64,000 bases of DNA, from NCBI GenBank assembly GCA_050084515.1, contig CM114271.1, positions 40,424,001 to 40,488,000 on the forward strand, written 5' to 3'. The stretch comes from Blasia pusilla (taxonomy: Eukaryota). A program made the translations under genes and the position numbers. The notes below the pieces were generated by a model. That model did not search any database. It saw nothing but the letters and a program-made list of their open reading frames with translations, and was not told the origin of the DNA. Position 1 is the stretch's first letter. Every line of letters starts with the position of its first letter. Positions 12,178 through 24,732 of this stretch are shown one piece after another.

Positions 12178-13528
12178 GTATTTGATACAAAATAGAAAGA
12201 GACATATGATCTCGGTCTGTTTTCGGCCAACGCCCGAGAGACGGGACAGTGAGGTTTCGACCGGCCAGGTCGACAGGTAACGCGATTCTCCCCACGGAGT
12301 CCTAGTCCACTTTTCAAATTTCAAGCGTGTGCGAAATTGCGAACTTGCGAAGAGTGGATATGCACGGAGTGGCTTGTCGAACAATCGAGCGGAGCAGTCG
12401 AAGCGCAGGGTGATGAACGCGGTTCGCACCGTGAGCTCCACGCCATCGCCAGAGTTACCAGGTTTCTCGGAACCCGCATCCGGCGAGGGCCAGCATTGTC
12501 TTCGATCATGCCGAGCGAATTATCGGAGTGTGCTCTACTTTTCTTGACTCATGCTGTCGGAGCGCGGAGGGCGGGGCCATTTTACCACGCTACAGGGAAT
12601 GCTACCGGTCTTCATCTACGAATCGCACATGATTTTCTACAGTATTTCTATGAGCATTCAGAGACGGGACGGAATCTCTCCAGTCTCCACCTTGAGATTC
12701 CCTCGTTCGAATCCGTCCGGTAGTGGCAGCCTGGCAGCGCTCTGTGCGCGCGTCGAACGAATGAAGCACAGCAGGACTTTCGTCGCTCTCTGTCTGCAGG
12801 AGGGAGGGAGTGCTCGTTTGTCAAAAGTGGTGGCGTAATATAGTTGTGGTATCTGCTTCACGGAATTCTGGCGTCAAGACAAGAAAGGGAGGCGGACGAT
12901 GCTACGTCCCAAAGCGCGAACATTCGAGGAGCGGGCAAGGAACGAGCGATCGATGCGGAGGAATCCTCATAGCCAAATAGGAATTTCAGGCGAATCACGA
13001 GTTCGGTAGCAGACGACGTCCAATTCTCCTCTTTCTTTACATGTGATTCAACAGACGGAGAACTTTTGCGGACATAACAGCTCGTTTCTTCTGATTTCGC
13101 CTACATCGCTCCCGCACGCACATAAACTCAAGCGCCGGTGACGATCCCCGATCACACGATGTGCTAGGTCAATCGACCATAGACATCCCTGCCCGACTCG
13201 CCGTGCTCGGTAGGTGAGCGTGGGGCAATTCTTTGTTGATACCAGAGAAACTCTGCCCGAGAGGGAGCCGCCTGAGGTGGAAAAGCCCGCCCTTGTCGGC
13301 CTATTTTTCCTCCACCAGCACGGGGAGAGATTCTGGGTTTATCGCCCGGCCGGGGAAGGAAGGAAGGAGGTGAGGACCCATTTCCGACCGGTAGACCGCC
13401 GACGCTCCGAGATATTTCCCGAGCAAAATAGCGTGTCAAACGGGAAAACGACGGCCGGTTGGTGTGGACCGTAAGAAGTTGAAATCTCTCACTGCCCTCG
13501 TCCATCCATTTGCACATATGTAGTGTTA

Positions 13529-13683
13529 TCTATCTATATTATTATTCATAACATCTCCGTGTTTATATGTGATAATCAGGCGGCATGAAAATGTTTCCCT
13601 TTTTACGGGTAACAAGAAAAAAAAATTTGTGTGTAACATGATTAGTCTCTTCATTCTTGTGCACGGCACGGGCTGCACACTAG
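13529..13683 (+). mobile_element. Non-autonomous mini-Helitron
   Basis: A|TC start, subterminal hairpin gtgc-acg-gcac, CTAG|T end. Confidence 0.55.
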
Positions 13684-14265
13684 TATACTATTATAGAAGA
13701 GGGCCCTTCATTTTTTTCAAATACTCCTCCAGCTGACTCATGGAAGTTTTGGCCCACGTTTTTTAGCAGGATACTCCCACACAAATCTAGCGCCTATTTA
13801 TCCTCGGGTTACGTGAGAGTCGAGCTAAGCAAGAACGGACACTTAGGCAAAAATGAACTCATACGCCAGATTCGAACTCATGATCTCTCGTTTCATACAA
13901 GGGTAGTTGCCCATTCTACTACATCCTCCAACACATTTAAATGGAGAATGTAACAGCTTTATTGTCATTGCATAGGGGGATTTGGGAGAGACATCGGAGT
14001 TAACTAACTCAACCTCGCGTTAGAAAACCTGAGGATGAATAGGCGTAAGGCACGCATAGAGCCCGGTATCCGAGTTGAACATGTTTAAATTTCCCTTACC
14101 CTCGCATAAATATTACTATCAATATGGACGCGAGGATTTTTTGAAACCCTACTATTGATGTACAAAGCCTCCAAGATTATCACGTTTTGAGATTTCAAAC
14201 TCACAACTCTTATCGTATTGATAGTCACGATCTTGGATTCATGAGCCATCGATGTGGACGTCAAG

Positions 14266-15100
14266 TGTCACAACCCTCATAACCAAACAAGCGTCAAGCA
14301 GAACATCAAAACTCTAGTGGGTTCACGTTAGGATGGTTGCTCATTGGAGAGATCTCTTGAAGGAGACACAAGATATGAGACGTGAGCAAGGTTGAGCGTT
14401 TCATACATTTATGGTTGCGACTAAGGAAACTTAAACCAAGCGTGAACCGAGACTTGAGAGGAGGCGAGTCTAGTTGAGAACCGATTTGGAACAAGACTAG
14501 CATTTGGGATTTTGACTGTATTTTGGACCATAAATCTTAGATCCAAGATGCGTTTGGGACAAGTAATGTCGTGGGCCAACTCTCCTTGAACGTCAATCTC
14601 TAATGTTGCAGAAGCGTACGTTCAGTAGGACACGCTCTCATAGCCGATCTACATGCCAATGCACTCACGTTAGTCTAGCTTTGGGTCAAGCAGCTTTCCA
14701 ACTCACCGAGTCCTCAACTCGGAATCTCATCAAGCTCAACCTTTCTTACTTCCTAGGTTCCCAACATGGAAAGTCTTTCAAAACTTGGAACAGACTTCCT
14801 GGTTAGTCTAGGAACCTAAAACGGCACTTGCGCGCCTAGCGGTTCCAACTGTTCAACAGACCTCGTGCAAGTTCCTAACCGGGACCCAAGTAATTGAATC
14901 GCGGGTTGGAATCCAAGAGGGATCCCTGAGAATCACCTCAATAGGCTTGGTTCAGGTTTTCAAGCCCAACTCCCAAACTCCCGATCTGTTCCATGCCCTT
15001 GAGCCGCCCCACGGCGTCCAAAGTGGGGTTCGAGTCCCAAGCACCCTTGGAGACCTTCTTACTAGTACTTCTAGGGTTCTCCAATAACCCCTCCCCTTTA
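14266..15100 (-). repeat. Probable 3' LTR (14266-15086) and PPT of an unrelated degenerate LTR element; non-coding internal remnant continues to ~16690
   Basis: Minus strand reads purine tract AAAGGGGAGGGG, then TATTGG (decayed TGTTGG) ... TGTGACA. No partner LTR in the window. Confidence 0.4.
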
Positions 15101-16694
15101 GAAAAGGATGGTCGGGCCCTTCATTGTGGCCCTCAACCTGACTCTACTTACAGTCGTTTTTGGATCGTTTCTCAGCCGCTACTCATGCGTTTGTAGAAAT
15201 CTTTAGTGTGTCTGAACCAGCTTTCCATAAGCTTAATTTCCAACGCATCCTTACTTTTTCCAAACGCAAATGGCGCTAAAAGTTATGGCCATAAATATAG
15301 TCGGAATCTCTCAAACGCTAGTGGCGTCTCAAATCCGGATTCCTTCCTTTGGTGACCCACTTCCTAGACTTGACTCCTGCCAAGTCTTGATCTGCATTTG
15401 GTCCAGGTTTCTCAGTCGCGACCACAACATATGAAACGCAAAGCCTCGTTTGCGTCTCGTCTCTTGTCTCTTCTCCGAGACCACTCCAACGCGCAAACCA
15501 TCCTAGCGTGAGCCCGCTAGTGTTCTGATGTTCTGCTTTGGCGCTCATTTGGTCATGAAGGTCGCGACAAGTAAGGTCGCATTGGAAATCTTATGCAAAG
15601 CCTGTTCCAACTCACTAAAGATCTTAGAAAACGCACAAGCAAAAGTAAAGAAACTACCCACAAACGATTGCTTGGGGAGTTGGGTTGAGGGCCAAAAGAA
15701 AACGCCCAAGAGTCTTTTCCCAAAGATTAGGGGGAGGGTGGAAAACCTCATAAGTGCGAGGGTCTCCAAGGGTGATTGGAACCCAAATCCTCACTTTGAG
15801 GCAAGTGTCATTAGGCGAACCAAGGGCACAGAATGGATCGAGAGGTTGGCGTTGGGATATGAAACCTGAGCCAAGCTAGTCCCATAGAGCGGATTTTGGA
15901 GGTCACTCTTGGATTCCAACCCGCGACTTATTTAAGCGGATCTTGGTTAGGGGCTCATCACTCATGCGAGGTCCATTGGAGATTTGGGACTGCCATGCAT
16001 GTGAACTTTGTTTTAGGTGTTTGGACTATCCAAAAAGTCTATCCCAAGTCTCAGAAGACTTGCCTCTGTTGGGAAGTGAGGAACTATGAAGGTTGATCTT
16101 GATGAATGGCCCGAGGCAAGGACTCGAGGAGTTGGAAGGCTGATTAATCCATAATAGACTAACGTGATTGTGTTTGGATGTGCTAGATTCTCAACATCCA
16201 CTTCTCTCAGTACCATTAGTCCGATCATGCTTATATGAGGAGAAGCATAGATTGATGGTTCCAATTTAGACATCGCAAGAGTCATAGTAATATGACGTAG
16301 TTGGTTTATGGAGTAGTGTTACTATGATTATCTAACCCTATATTGCATGAGGGTGTGGGGCACCCTTATGCATTGCGAGGGATCGGTGGTGTAGCTCCTA
16401 GTATGCCGAGACGATACGAGATGCAAATGACCCCGGAAAAAAATTCTATGAATAGAAATGAAAAAGCGCGATGGCATAAAGAGCGCAAATTCATGACCTG
16501 ATGAAATGGTCACCCATTTCTAAAGACAAATGTATCTGATTGAGCAGATGTAAGAAACAAGAGTTGGAAGATACCCCTCCTTGGGGAAGGAGGTTAAGCC
16601 CACTTGACCATGCACGATTCGGTCATGCTGGAAGTTATTTTCTTCATTCTTAGGGAGAGCCACACATAGAGAAGGGGTATTTTCCAAGGCCATT

Positions 16695-16831
16695 TGTCGT
16701 GCGCATACATATCGCTACACAACATACATCGCTGGTCACATCTACACCACACAACACCGATCTTCCCCACACACGGGTCGATCCACACATGTATAAAAAA
16801 TCAACTCATACATATACATGGAGATCACACA
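16695..16831 (-). repeat. B2 terminal repeat (137 bp, TG...CA)
   Basis: Nearly identical to 17317-17453. Confidence 0.92.
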
Positions 16832-16832
16832 A

Positions 16833-17314
16833 CAAAAAATAAAGAGTATTAAAAACGGCACACCCGGCGTAAAACTCCACTCCTCAATCTACATCGGCAT
16901 ATCGAGCCTCATCCACCTTGTGCTATCAAGGAATCCGGACGCTAGCACCCTAGTCTTAGCTCACACACATACAAGGGAGGTGCTCCAACGGCCCAACATG
17001 AGAAAGATAGCTTAGGAAAGCCATCTTCCTCTCTTATATAGGGTTGGGAAGAGCCAAAAGGCTCTTTCCCTAAAAATAGCCCTCCCCTTGGTAACCTACA
17101 CGCACAGGTTACCAGGGGCGGGTGACCTGGTCAACAAGTCATCCGGATGTAAAAGAGCTCAACATGAAAGCTGTCAGAAACGATGTTCCTGACACAATGG
17201 ACCTATCCTCAACCTCATCCGACACCGTGGGAAAAAGTTACACTCAAGATAGTCCGCTAGCTCCTACGCCCTATCCACGATAGATCTCGGCCTATCGGCT
17301 ACTTAGATGTGATA
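16833..17314 (-). repeat. A2 repeat (3' LTR-like segment, ~480 bp, TATA at 17034-17040)
   Basis: 16834-17038 matches 25858-26061, and 17252-17314 matches 36807-36870. Confidence 0.9.
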
Positions 17315-17316
17315 AT

Positions 17317-17464
17317 TGTCGTGCGCATACATATCGCTACCCAACATACATCGCTGGTCACATCTACACCACACAACACCGATCTTCCCCACACACGGGT
17401 CAATCCACACATGTACAAAAAATCAACTCATACATATACATGGAGATCACACAATCACCCCCCT
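17317..17464 (-). repeat. PPT (17455-17464, AGGGGGGTGA) followed by B1 repeat (17317-17453)
   Basis: A purine tract immediately precedes TGTGTGATC. The same arrangement occurs at 36873-37002 and, decayed, at ~46221-46337. Confidence 0.85.
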
Positions 17465-17531
17465 AGCTGGCAGTTGGATCCCCCCAACTCCAGATAGAAA
17501 ATATCACATCTCTCTAACATGACCTACTACC

Positions 17532-20500
17532 CTATACACATCTCGGACACATCCATCGTCCCGTGGGAACCACATCAAGAGGGGGGGTCAGACATGACAT
17601 ATGCCACCCTCGAGAACAACCATCACATACCAACATGGTGGCTGCATCCCTCGCAGATCCGCACAACATACACCTCAAGCATGCAGGTACCACCGCCAAG
17701 CTCGGATCCATTGTCCCATCTACGTTCGGAAGATGACATGGTGCACAATTGCGCATATGATCCTTCCAAACCATACCATCCCATCCCTCCAACATGAGGA
17801 CTCCGGTCGATAATACCTCGCACACACGTAGGATCGTGCGCCCTACAGTGACATCTAGCGTCGTGGGTGCCGCCTGCTGTAAATACACGTAATCTCCAGG
17901 ATGAAACCTCCTAATCCCTGGACGATAACCTCCTCCATGAATGGTCGCGTACCTCAATGTATCTCTATGCTGGGCAATAGCTAAGTTCTCAAAGGCCATA
18001 GGCATAACTCTACGAAAAACTTCTGCCCTCTGAGAACATGCTTGTACCCACACATCTGGATCATCAAGATCTAACACCTCCGCCATGACACGTCGAATCG
18101 CTGCAGGTAAATCTGGCTCTCTCCCAAAGAGCAAAAAGTATGGTGAAAATAACGCCAATCATGCCTGCCGACTAAAGCGATAACCCATAGCCAACCATGG
18201 CAACTGTAGGTCCCACTCCCTCAACTGTCCCCGCTGCAAGCCATCCTTGCGCAATCCTCTCTTCACCATCTGTACCACTCTCTCCGCCAACCCATCCGCC
18301 TCACGAAGATCTCTGGACGTGGTGCGGTGATCTATCGGCACCTGATCAAACAAGGCCTGAAACTCTCCCCTGAACTCGGTACCCTGGTCGGTCAACACCT
18401 CCGCCGGTGCACCAAAGTGACTAAGCACACGATCTAGAAACGCATAAGCTGTTCCCTCGCTTGCCTTGTCTGGTAGTGCCACCAACTCTATCCACTTGAA
18501 GAAATGCTCCACCATGACCAACACGTACCTATGATGACGCACTGTCAATGGCAAAGGTCCCGCAAAGTCTAAACTCCACCGATAACCTAAACCCATAATC
18601 GGCAAAGGATGTAACTGCGGATTGGGAGCATTGAAGGGTGCTTGCACTCTGTCACATACCATACATCTGGCCAAAAACTTCCGTACCCCAGTATGCATGC
18701 CGCGCCACCAATACTGAACCTGGAGTAAGCTGTAAGTACGCTTTACTCCGAAATGTCCCAACTCCTCATGGGCATGTCGCACTACACGTGCTCGCTGGGA
18801 AGGATGAGGTACCACTCGTATCCTACCATCTCCCCATACCCACAAAATGTGAGTCCCCTCCCACTTGAACCTCTTGGCTCTCTGTAGGATCCGATCTCGC
18901 TCCCTAGCACTCACTGTACTCGCAATGACGCCAGTGGGCAAGAACTCCACAACCTCCACGTCGTCATGGATATCACGACTACCTGTCGCCTCCTCACTAA
19001 CCTCCGGATCCAAAGACTCATCATCCAACCCCACCACTGGAGTCATCACTTGTGGCTGACCTGCCATAGTCAACCAACAAAGATAGGCAAATGCATGCCA
19101 ACTGGGCACCATCTCCTCATCACTCTCTCCGTGCCATCGAGCTCCTGTGTCGTCTCTCTGACTCGGACATGGGTTACGACTCAACCCATCCGCATCCTGG
19201 TTCAGCCGACGTGGCCTATGAACCACCTCAAACTCATACTCCTTAAGTAATAGAGCCCACTTGGCAAGCTTTCCCGTAAGCTTGTCGGACTCCATCAACC
19301 ACCTCAACGGTTGATGATCAGTGATAAGTGTGAAAGGGTTGCTGAATAAATAGCACCTAAAATGTGCCACGGCCCACACTGCAACCAAGCACTCTCCCTC
19401 GTAGGAGTTGTACTTCGCCTCTGCAATGTTGTTTGATCGGCTCGCGTAAGCCACAACGAACTCCCTCTCCTCGTCATCCCTTTGAGTAAGCACTGCCCCT
19501 AGACCCAACATGCTCCAATCCATATGTAACTGGAATGGGCGACCCCTAACCGGTCTCTGTAAAATGGGTGAGGACGTCAACCTGTCCTTGAGCTCCTGAA
19601 ATGCTCGCTCCTGATCATCTCCCCACAACCAAACCTGATCAAGTCTCGTCAACAAGGTCAAAGACTTTGCGATCGCACTAAAACCCTTGACATACCGTCG
19701 ATAGAAGTTTGCCAGTTCGAGAAATGCTCGGACTCGACTCACATCTGTAGGGCGTGGAATCTGCGTAATAGCCTCTACCTTTGTCTGTTGAACGCCTAAC
19801 CCACTCGGGTATATGGTGTGTCCCAAGTACTCAATCTGCTCCTGAAAGAATCTGCACTTGTTTGGATGTAACTTCAGGCCATGTAACTGCAATCGCCGAA
19901 ACACCTCCTCCAAGTGTCGCTCATGCTCCTCAACCATGGAAGTGAAGATAAGAATATCATCTATGTCACATCGTACAAAATCCAAGCAAGCTAGAATCCT
20001 ATCCATCACTCTCTGAAACTGTGCAGGAGCGTTCTTCAACCCAAATGGTAATAACCGCCACTGATACAAGAAATCTCTCCCAAACCGATCTATCCCCCAA
20101 AATGTTGTCTTCTCCCTGTCCTCCAACCTGATAGGAAGCTGATGATAGCCAGCACCGAGATCTAAAGTACTGAAGATCTTTGCATGCCCTACCGCATCAA
20201 AGATCTCCTCAGGAGTAGGCATGGCCACCGTCGACCTCGTCATTTCGGTTGATAGGACGGTAATCTCCACACATCCGCCTGTCCGTCCAATTGCCATACA
20301 TATCCTTCTTCGCCGACATGACTGTGACAGATGCATACTCCCCATGTGATAACTCCATAAGTCTTGCCTCCAACAAGTCCTGACTCCTGCTCTGAATCAA
20401 GGCTCGCTCCATATCAGAATACCTGTAGGGTCGACGAAAGATTGGCGTATCACTAGCCAACTCAATCCGTATCCTGGGACCCTCAAGCGTACCCAAGTCT

Positions 20501-20607
20501 CTCATACTGAAAGCAAAACAACTGACATGCCCTCTCAGAAACCTATGAACTCGCCGTCGCTCTCCTCCTATCAACTCGAGACCTATCACATGCTCCCAAG
20601 TCTCCAT
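17532..20607 (-). pseudogene. pol: pol: reverse transcriptase, RNase H, DDE integrase, C-terminal PHD finger
   Basis: RT: STLDLGAGYHQ, LPFGLKNAPAQFQ, (Y>D)IDD. RH: DWSMLGLGAVL, ECLVAVWA, TDHQPL, DADGLSR. IN: H..H/C..C, SLDFAGP, TDQGTEF, DGLAER. PHD: C4HC3 CMLC..LVCDGCSRGWHMSCL..WMCPRC. One frameshift (~20250) and a stop at 18159. Confidence 0.95.
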
Positions 20608-20924
20608 CGTGACCTCACTCGGAGAGGACGCAACCTCCGGCTTTGGTTGCTATGTAGCAACCCTAGCCACCTCCGCAACAGCCACTCCACTCTGACCTCC
20701 TACACCATGCTCCACATCCAAAAACTGAACATGTGCTACTCTAGCCGCCTTCGCACTCTCTGCTCGAACGACGCCCCAGGAAGTCCATGGATGCCTGTCT
20801 CTCCTCGTCTCGCTTTGACCAATGCCTGTCTGATGACCACGTGAGGCAATGGTCCAACTCGTGGACGTGACGGCATGGATGACACTCGCATCCGTCTCTG
20901 CTCAGCCATACCTAGGCTGACTAT

Positions 20925-21865
20925 CCATGTGAGACAATTGAGGTCCATCGCTGCCCCAACACCTGTCTCCGGAATGCCTCAGTCATCCCTCGCACCGCTG
21001 TAGTTCTGGTAGTGAACCCCATGGCGCGCTCGCGCTCATCTGCTGTAGGCTCCTCCAATGCTCCGGTCACCTCATCCCAAATCATGCCTGGCCCTCCCTC
21101 ACGAAAGGCATGGGATACTCGGAAGCTCACCAACGTAGGTAAGGCTGCCCTCAACTCCCCCACTCTATTGGCCATGGCCAACGGTGGTCTATCATCCCGT
21201 GTCACCACCTGAGATCGACGCCCTGAGCCCAAAATAGCATCTACTGTGAGATGTGGTGCTCTCTGGACTCCACCGTATGCTCAACTCAATACCTCTGATG
21301 GTATCAGGTTCGTCCACCACAATCGTGGACGATGGGCACATGACCCAACTCTTGCTGCATCTAACAACACAGCAGGTCCCAACCAAGACCTCACCTAATG
21401 TACACTCGTCATCACACGTGCATGAGTGCCTCCCAACAACGGCACGTTCTCCAAAATATACGTTGGAGAACATATCTGACTCTCTTGCAAGTGTCGTACT
21501 ACTCGCAGCATCTCCTAAAACATCCATGACCTCGGATCCTGCAATCCAAATCCTCGGCCAGCTGATGAATGACCCTGACATGGCCATCCAGCAATCACCA
21601 AATGAATGGTGCCAACTCTATCCAGATCCTGCGCCCCCACCAAAGAGATGTCGGCGGGTAGCGTATGCTGATATCCCCGTACTGCAGATACCGGCAACAA
21701 CTCAGGAAACCTCTGGACCAATCTCGCCACGTGACGTAATGATACTCACCGCGCGGTCTCATCTCTCTCCACAAAAAAGTACTGATGCACCCGTATGCCT
21801 GCCTGCAATAGTGCAGCCAATCCGGTGCTAATCCCTCCGAAGAGATCTAACACCCTAACACCCTC
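20925..21865 (-). pseudogene. C5 cytosine DNA methyltransferase domain (DNMT3-like) embedded between protease and RT
   Basis: In one frame with several nonsense codons: motif I VLDLFGG (21833-21853), II FVE, IV AGWPCQG (~21572-21592), VI YILENV (~21443-21460), VIII AHRPRLWWTN (~21308-21338), IX ERERAMGF (21014-21037), X RRQVLGQ(A)MD (~20945-20970, across a 1-bp frameshift). Confidence 0.93.
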
Positions 21866-22242
21866 CTCTGGGCATTGCCACACAATAGGTGTGGTATCTA
21901 GTGGGGTCATCGTCTCCACTCCAAGAGCCCGATCGCCACATGACTCTCGCTGCTCTGGGATAAAAACATGACTCCATGCCTGCCTCACGCGGTCGTCGGC
22001 ACTCCTCTATAGCTCTCAAGTTGTACCCCACAATGGTGAAGAGGCCTCGCCAACATGGGAAGAGACATCCGCCATGGCCTGTCTCTCCGTGGGACTATCC
22101 GCTACTGGGACATCCTCCGCATGTGCGTTCCCCTCCAACAACTCTCCTGGCCAGCTAACACTACCTGTGAAAGCTGCCAACGTGGTCACAGACTCGCCTC
22201 GTGATCGACCACCTCGTCCCGCAAACTGCACGGGTAACTGAC

Positions 22243-24732
22243 TCATCCTGGCGGATAAGAAACGGTCTCCTCCCAGAAGTCAAGGATGAATCCTAGGGGA
22301 TATAACACTGTACTCCCCACCAACACATCGTACGACTCATCTGGTGTTGTAATCGCACGTGTGCGCACCATAACACTATCCGTCGCATGCTCTGGCTGGA
22401 CTCTGACAACAATCTCCTGTCGAGTCATATATTGAGTGGGTGATACGCCCCCAATCGAGGTCTGTATGTGGAAGGGACAAGGCTCAATGTCGGCCTTCCA
22501 TAACCCCAACGCTAAACACGCCGCCTTCCCTAACATCAAGGGTTGCGCTCCCGAATCAAGTAGGACGCGCTGCGGGTGGTATATTGTCCCCGTCGGACTA
22601 ACCAAGCGAAATACTCCAGCTCGGTTATCGAGTAACACTACTCCATGAGTCATTGTTGCTCGCTCTATGGCCGGTCGAGCTGGCATATCTACCAACTTCG
22701 CCGCCGCCGCATGCCATGACTCTGTGGGGAACGTCCCAAGCACCGGCTCTGAAGGCAAGTCCACCACCTCCTCAACTACCTCTGAACAAGAAGCAGTCAT
22801 CTCTCCACGCTCACACAATATGGCGGCCAACCGGAACACCTCAGCTGGTCCAACTCCCAACGTCGCCAACTCTATGGCGGAAAATAGTGGAGTCTGACTC
22901 ACTCTGGTGGCCACCTCCAACACTATGGTCAACACTGACTCCACTCAAGCCGGCATAGGAGTTGTCACTCCAACTCCTTGTGACGTCGACGTAGGTGCCT
23001 AAACTGTAGGCACCGGTGGTAGTCGAGGCACCATCGATGGTGTGTGTAGTGCCTCCGACAATGTGAACGACTGTGGAACCCAAGCCTGCCGCCCATCGGT
23101 CCCCTCTGGTGGGTCAATCTCAACTCCACCTCTCGATGGCTCGGTGCCTCTCGTAGCACCCCGAGTCACCACTGCAGCTGCCTCAACCTGGGCTGCACTA
23201 CACCTAAATCCCATACTGGCGAGATCCTCACCCGGATCAAGGTAAGAGGTAGAAGTTGGAGTCACACTAGCTACTCGCAGCTCTGTGCCTTCCCTAAACT
23301 GCATCATCGTCATGACAGCAATCCTCTGCTCCAACTGATCGATGCGTGAGAGAAGTGCCAGCTGTGGTGCTCCTGCTCCATCTCCTCTGGCTGGTGGTGG
23401 TCCTCTACCACCACGTCCAAGAAGAACTCCCCGACCTCCTCCAGGACGACCGCCCCCACGCCCTCGGCCTACCTCTGGACGTGCCCCTCGGCGAAGGTCA
23501 AAACATCTATCCCTAGTGTGACCATATTTGTGGCAATGGTCATAGTGGTACTGTGGTGGGGCCATCCTCTGTGGCTCCTGAGCAATCGGAGGCGCTAGTG
23601 GTCCTCTCCCATGTTGTGGGCAGTCTCTCTGCCTATGGGCCCCTCCACACGTCCAACAAGACCACATCGGTCCCTGCTGGGCAACATATGTAGGTGCGGG
23701 TCGTTGCCTCATAGGCTCACAGTACCCGCCCTGCTCTCTAGGCACACTGGCCCGCTCCTCTGGTACTGGTGCTCGCTGTGGCACCTGTGGGGTCACCGTC
23801 GCTCGTGGACCCGTCGACTCTCGAGAAAATCCAGCGGTCACTACCTGCTCCTCACTCATGTTGAGCTCAATACGCTCAGACAACTCAAAGACCACCTTCA
23901 ATGTGGGCTTTGCTGTGTGAATCAGCACCGCATCTCGGACTCTCCTCCGTAGTTCTCGGTCCAGAACCCCGTACCAATACCGGACTAACTGCGCCTCAGT
24001 CACTCCAAACGTAGCAATGATCAGCCTCCTCATGCGTGTGAATGCCTCTCTCAGACTCTCACACGATCGTCGCTGAAAATCTTGTAGACTCTTCAGCTTG
24101 TCAGTGCGTACGCCCTGGTAGCTCTTCCCCAACTTTCGGAAGAACTCCATTGTGGGGCTGAAGCTGGGTGGCCCTCTACCACCAGAGGTCTTTGCCACAT
24201 CGCCTGTCTCACTGCCCTCCTCTCCATCTAGTCTCTCTCCTCTCACAATCCCATCATATGCCTTGCGACCACTAGTGGACACATACCCTGGAGCCCAATA
24301 CATCCTCCAAGCATCAATCTCTACTGAATATAGTGATCGAAACTCCATGTAGTCATCCATCGGAGGACCCTCCAAGTGCTGGAATAACCCCTTCCATGCC
24401 ATGAAAGGGTTGAACCGTGTCGGGGTCCGTATCTCCTGGAAGTCGCACCATGTGTCAAACTTCTGGATAAAATCATCTAAGTCGATGGTGCCCACTGCAC
24501 CCGAGAAATGACGCATGCCCCGCTGGCCCATGTTGTCCATCTCCTGCCAAGTTCTATTGTCTCTGTCTGTGATCTCTACACCAGACCCAGTGTCCAGTGA
24601 TGACGATCCAGCCACGGATGGATGTCGAGGTAGCTCCTCACTGGTAACCCCTCGGTATCTCACTCCACTCCGTGTCACACCACTACTACTGCTCGCACTA
24701 CCCCGTTCTTCCAAACCTTGGAAGAACGCCAT
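22243..24732 (-). pseudogene. gag: gag (two zinc-knuckle-like motifs) and aspartic protease of element 1
   Basis: 577-aa ORF with CWTCGGAHRQRDC and a second degenerate knuckle, plus an RGG-rich region. It continues in the same frame past a stop at ~23000 into VLLDSGAQP...DVLVG protease. Confidence 0.9.

Noticed and set aside
12329-13517. GC-rich short ORFs as a possible gene
   Set aside because: No recognisable domain or consistent exon chain, so left unannotated.
20925-21865. Bacterial restriction-modification methylase or contamination
   Set aside because: The domain is colinear within a retroelement polyprotein, decays the same way as its neighbours, and has no cognate nuclease.
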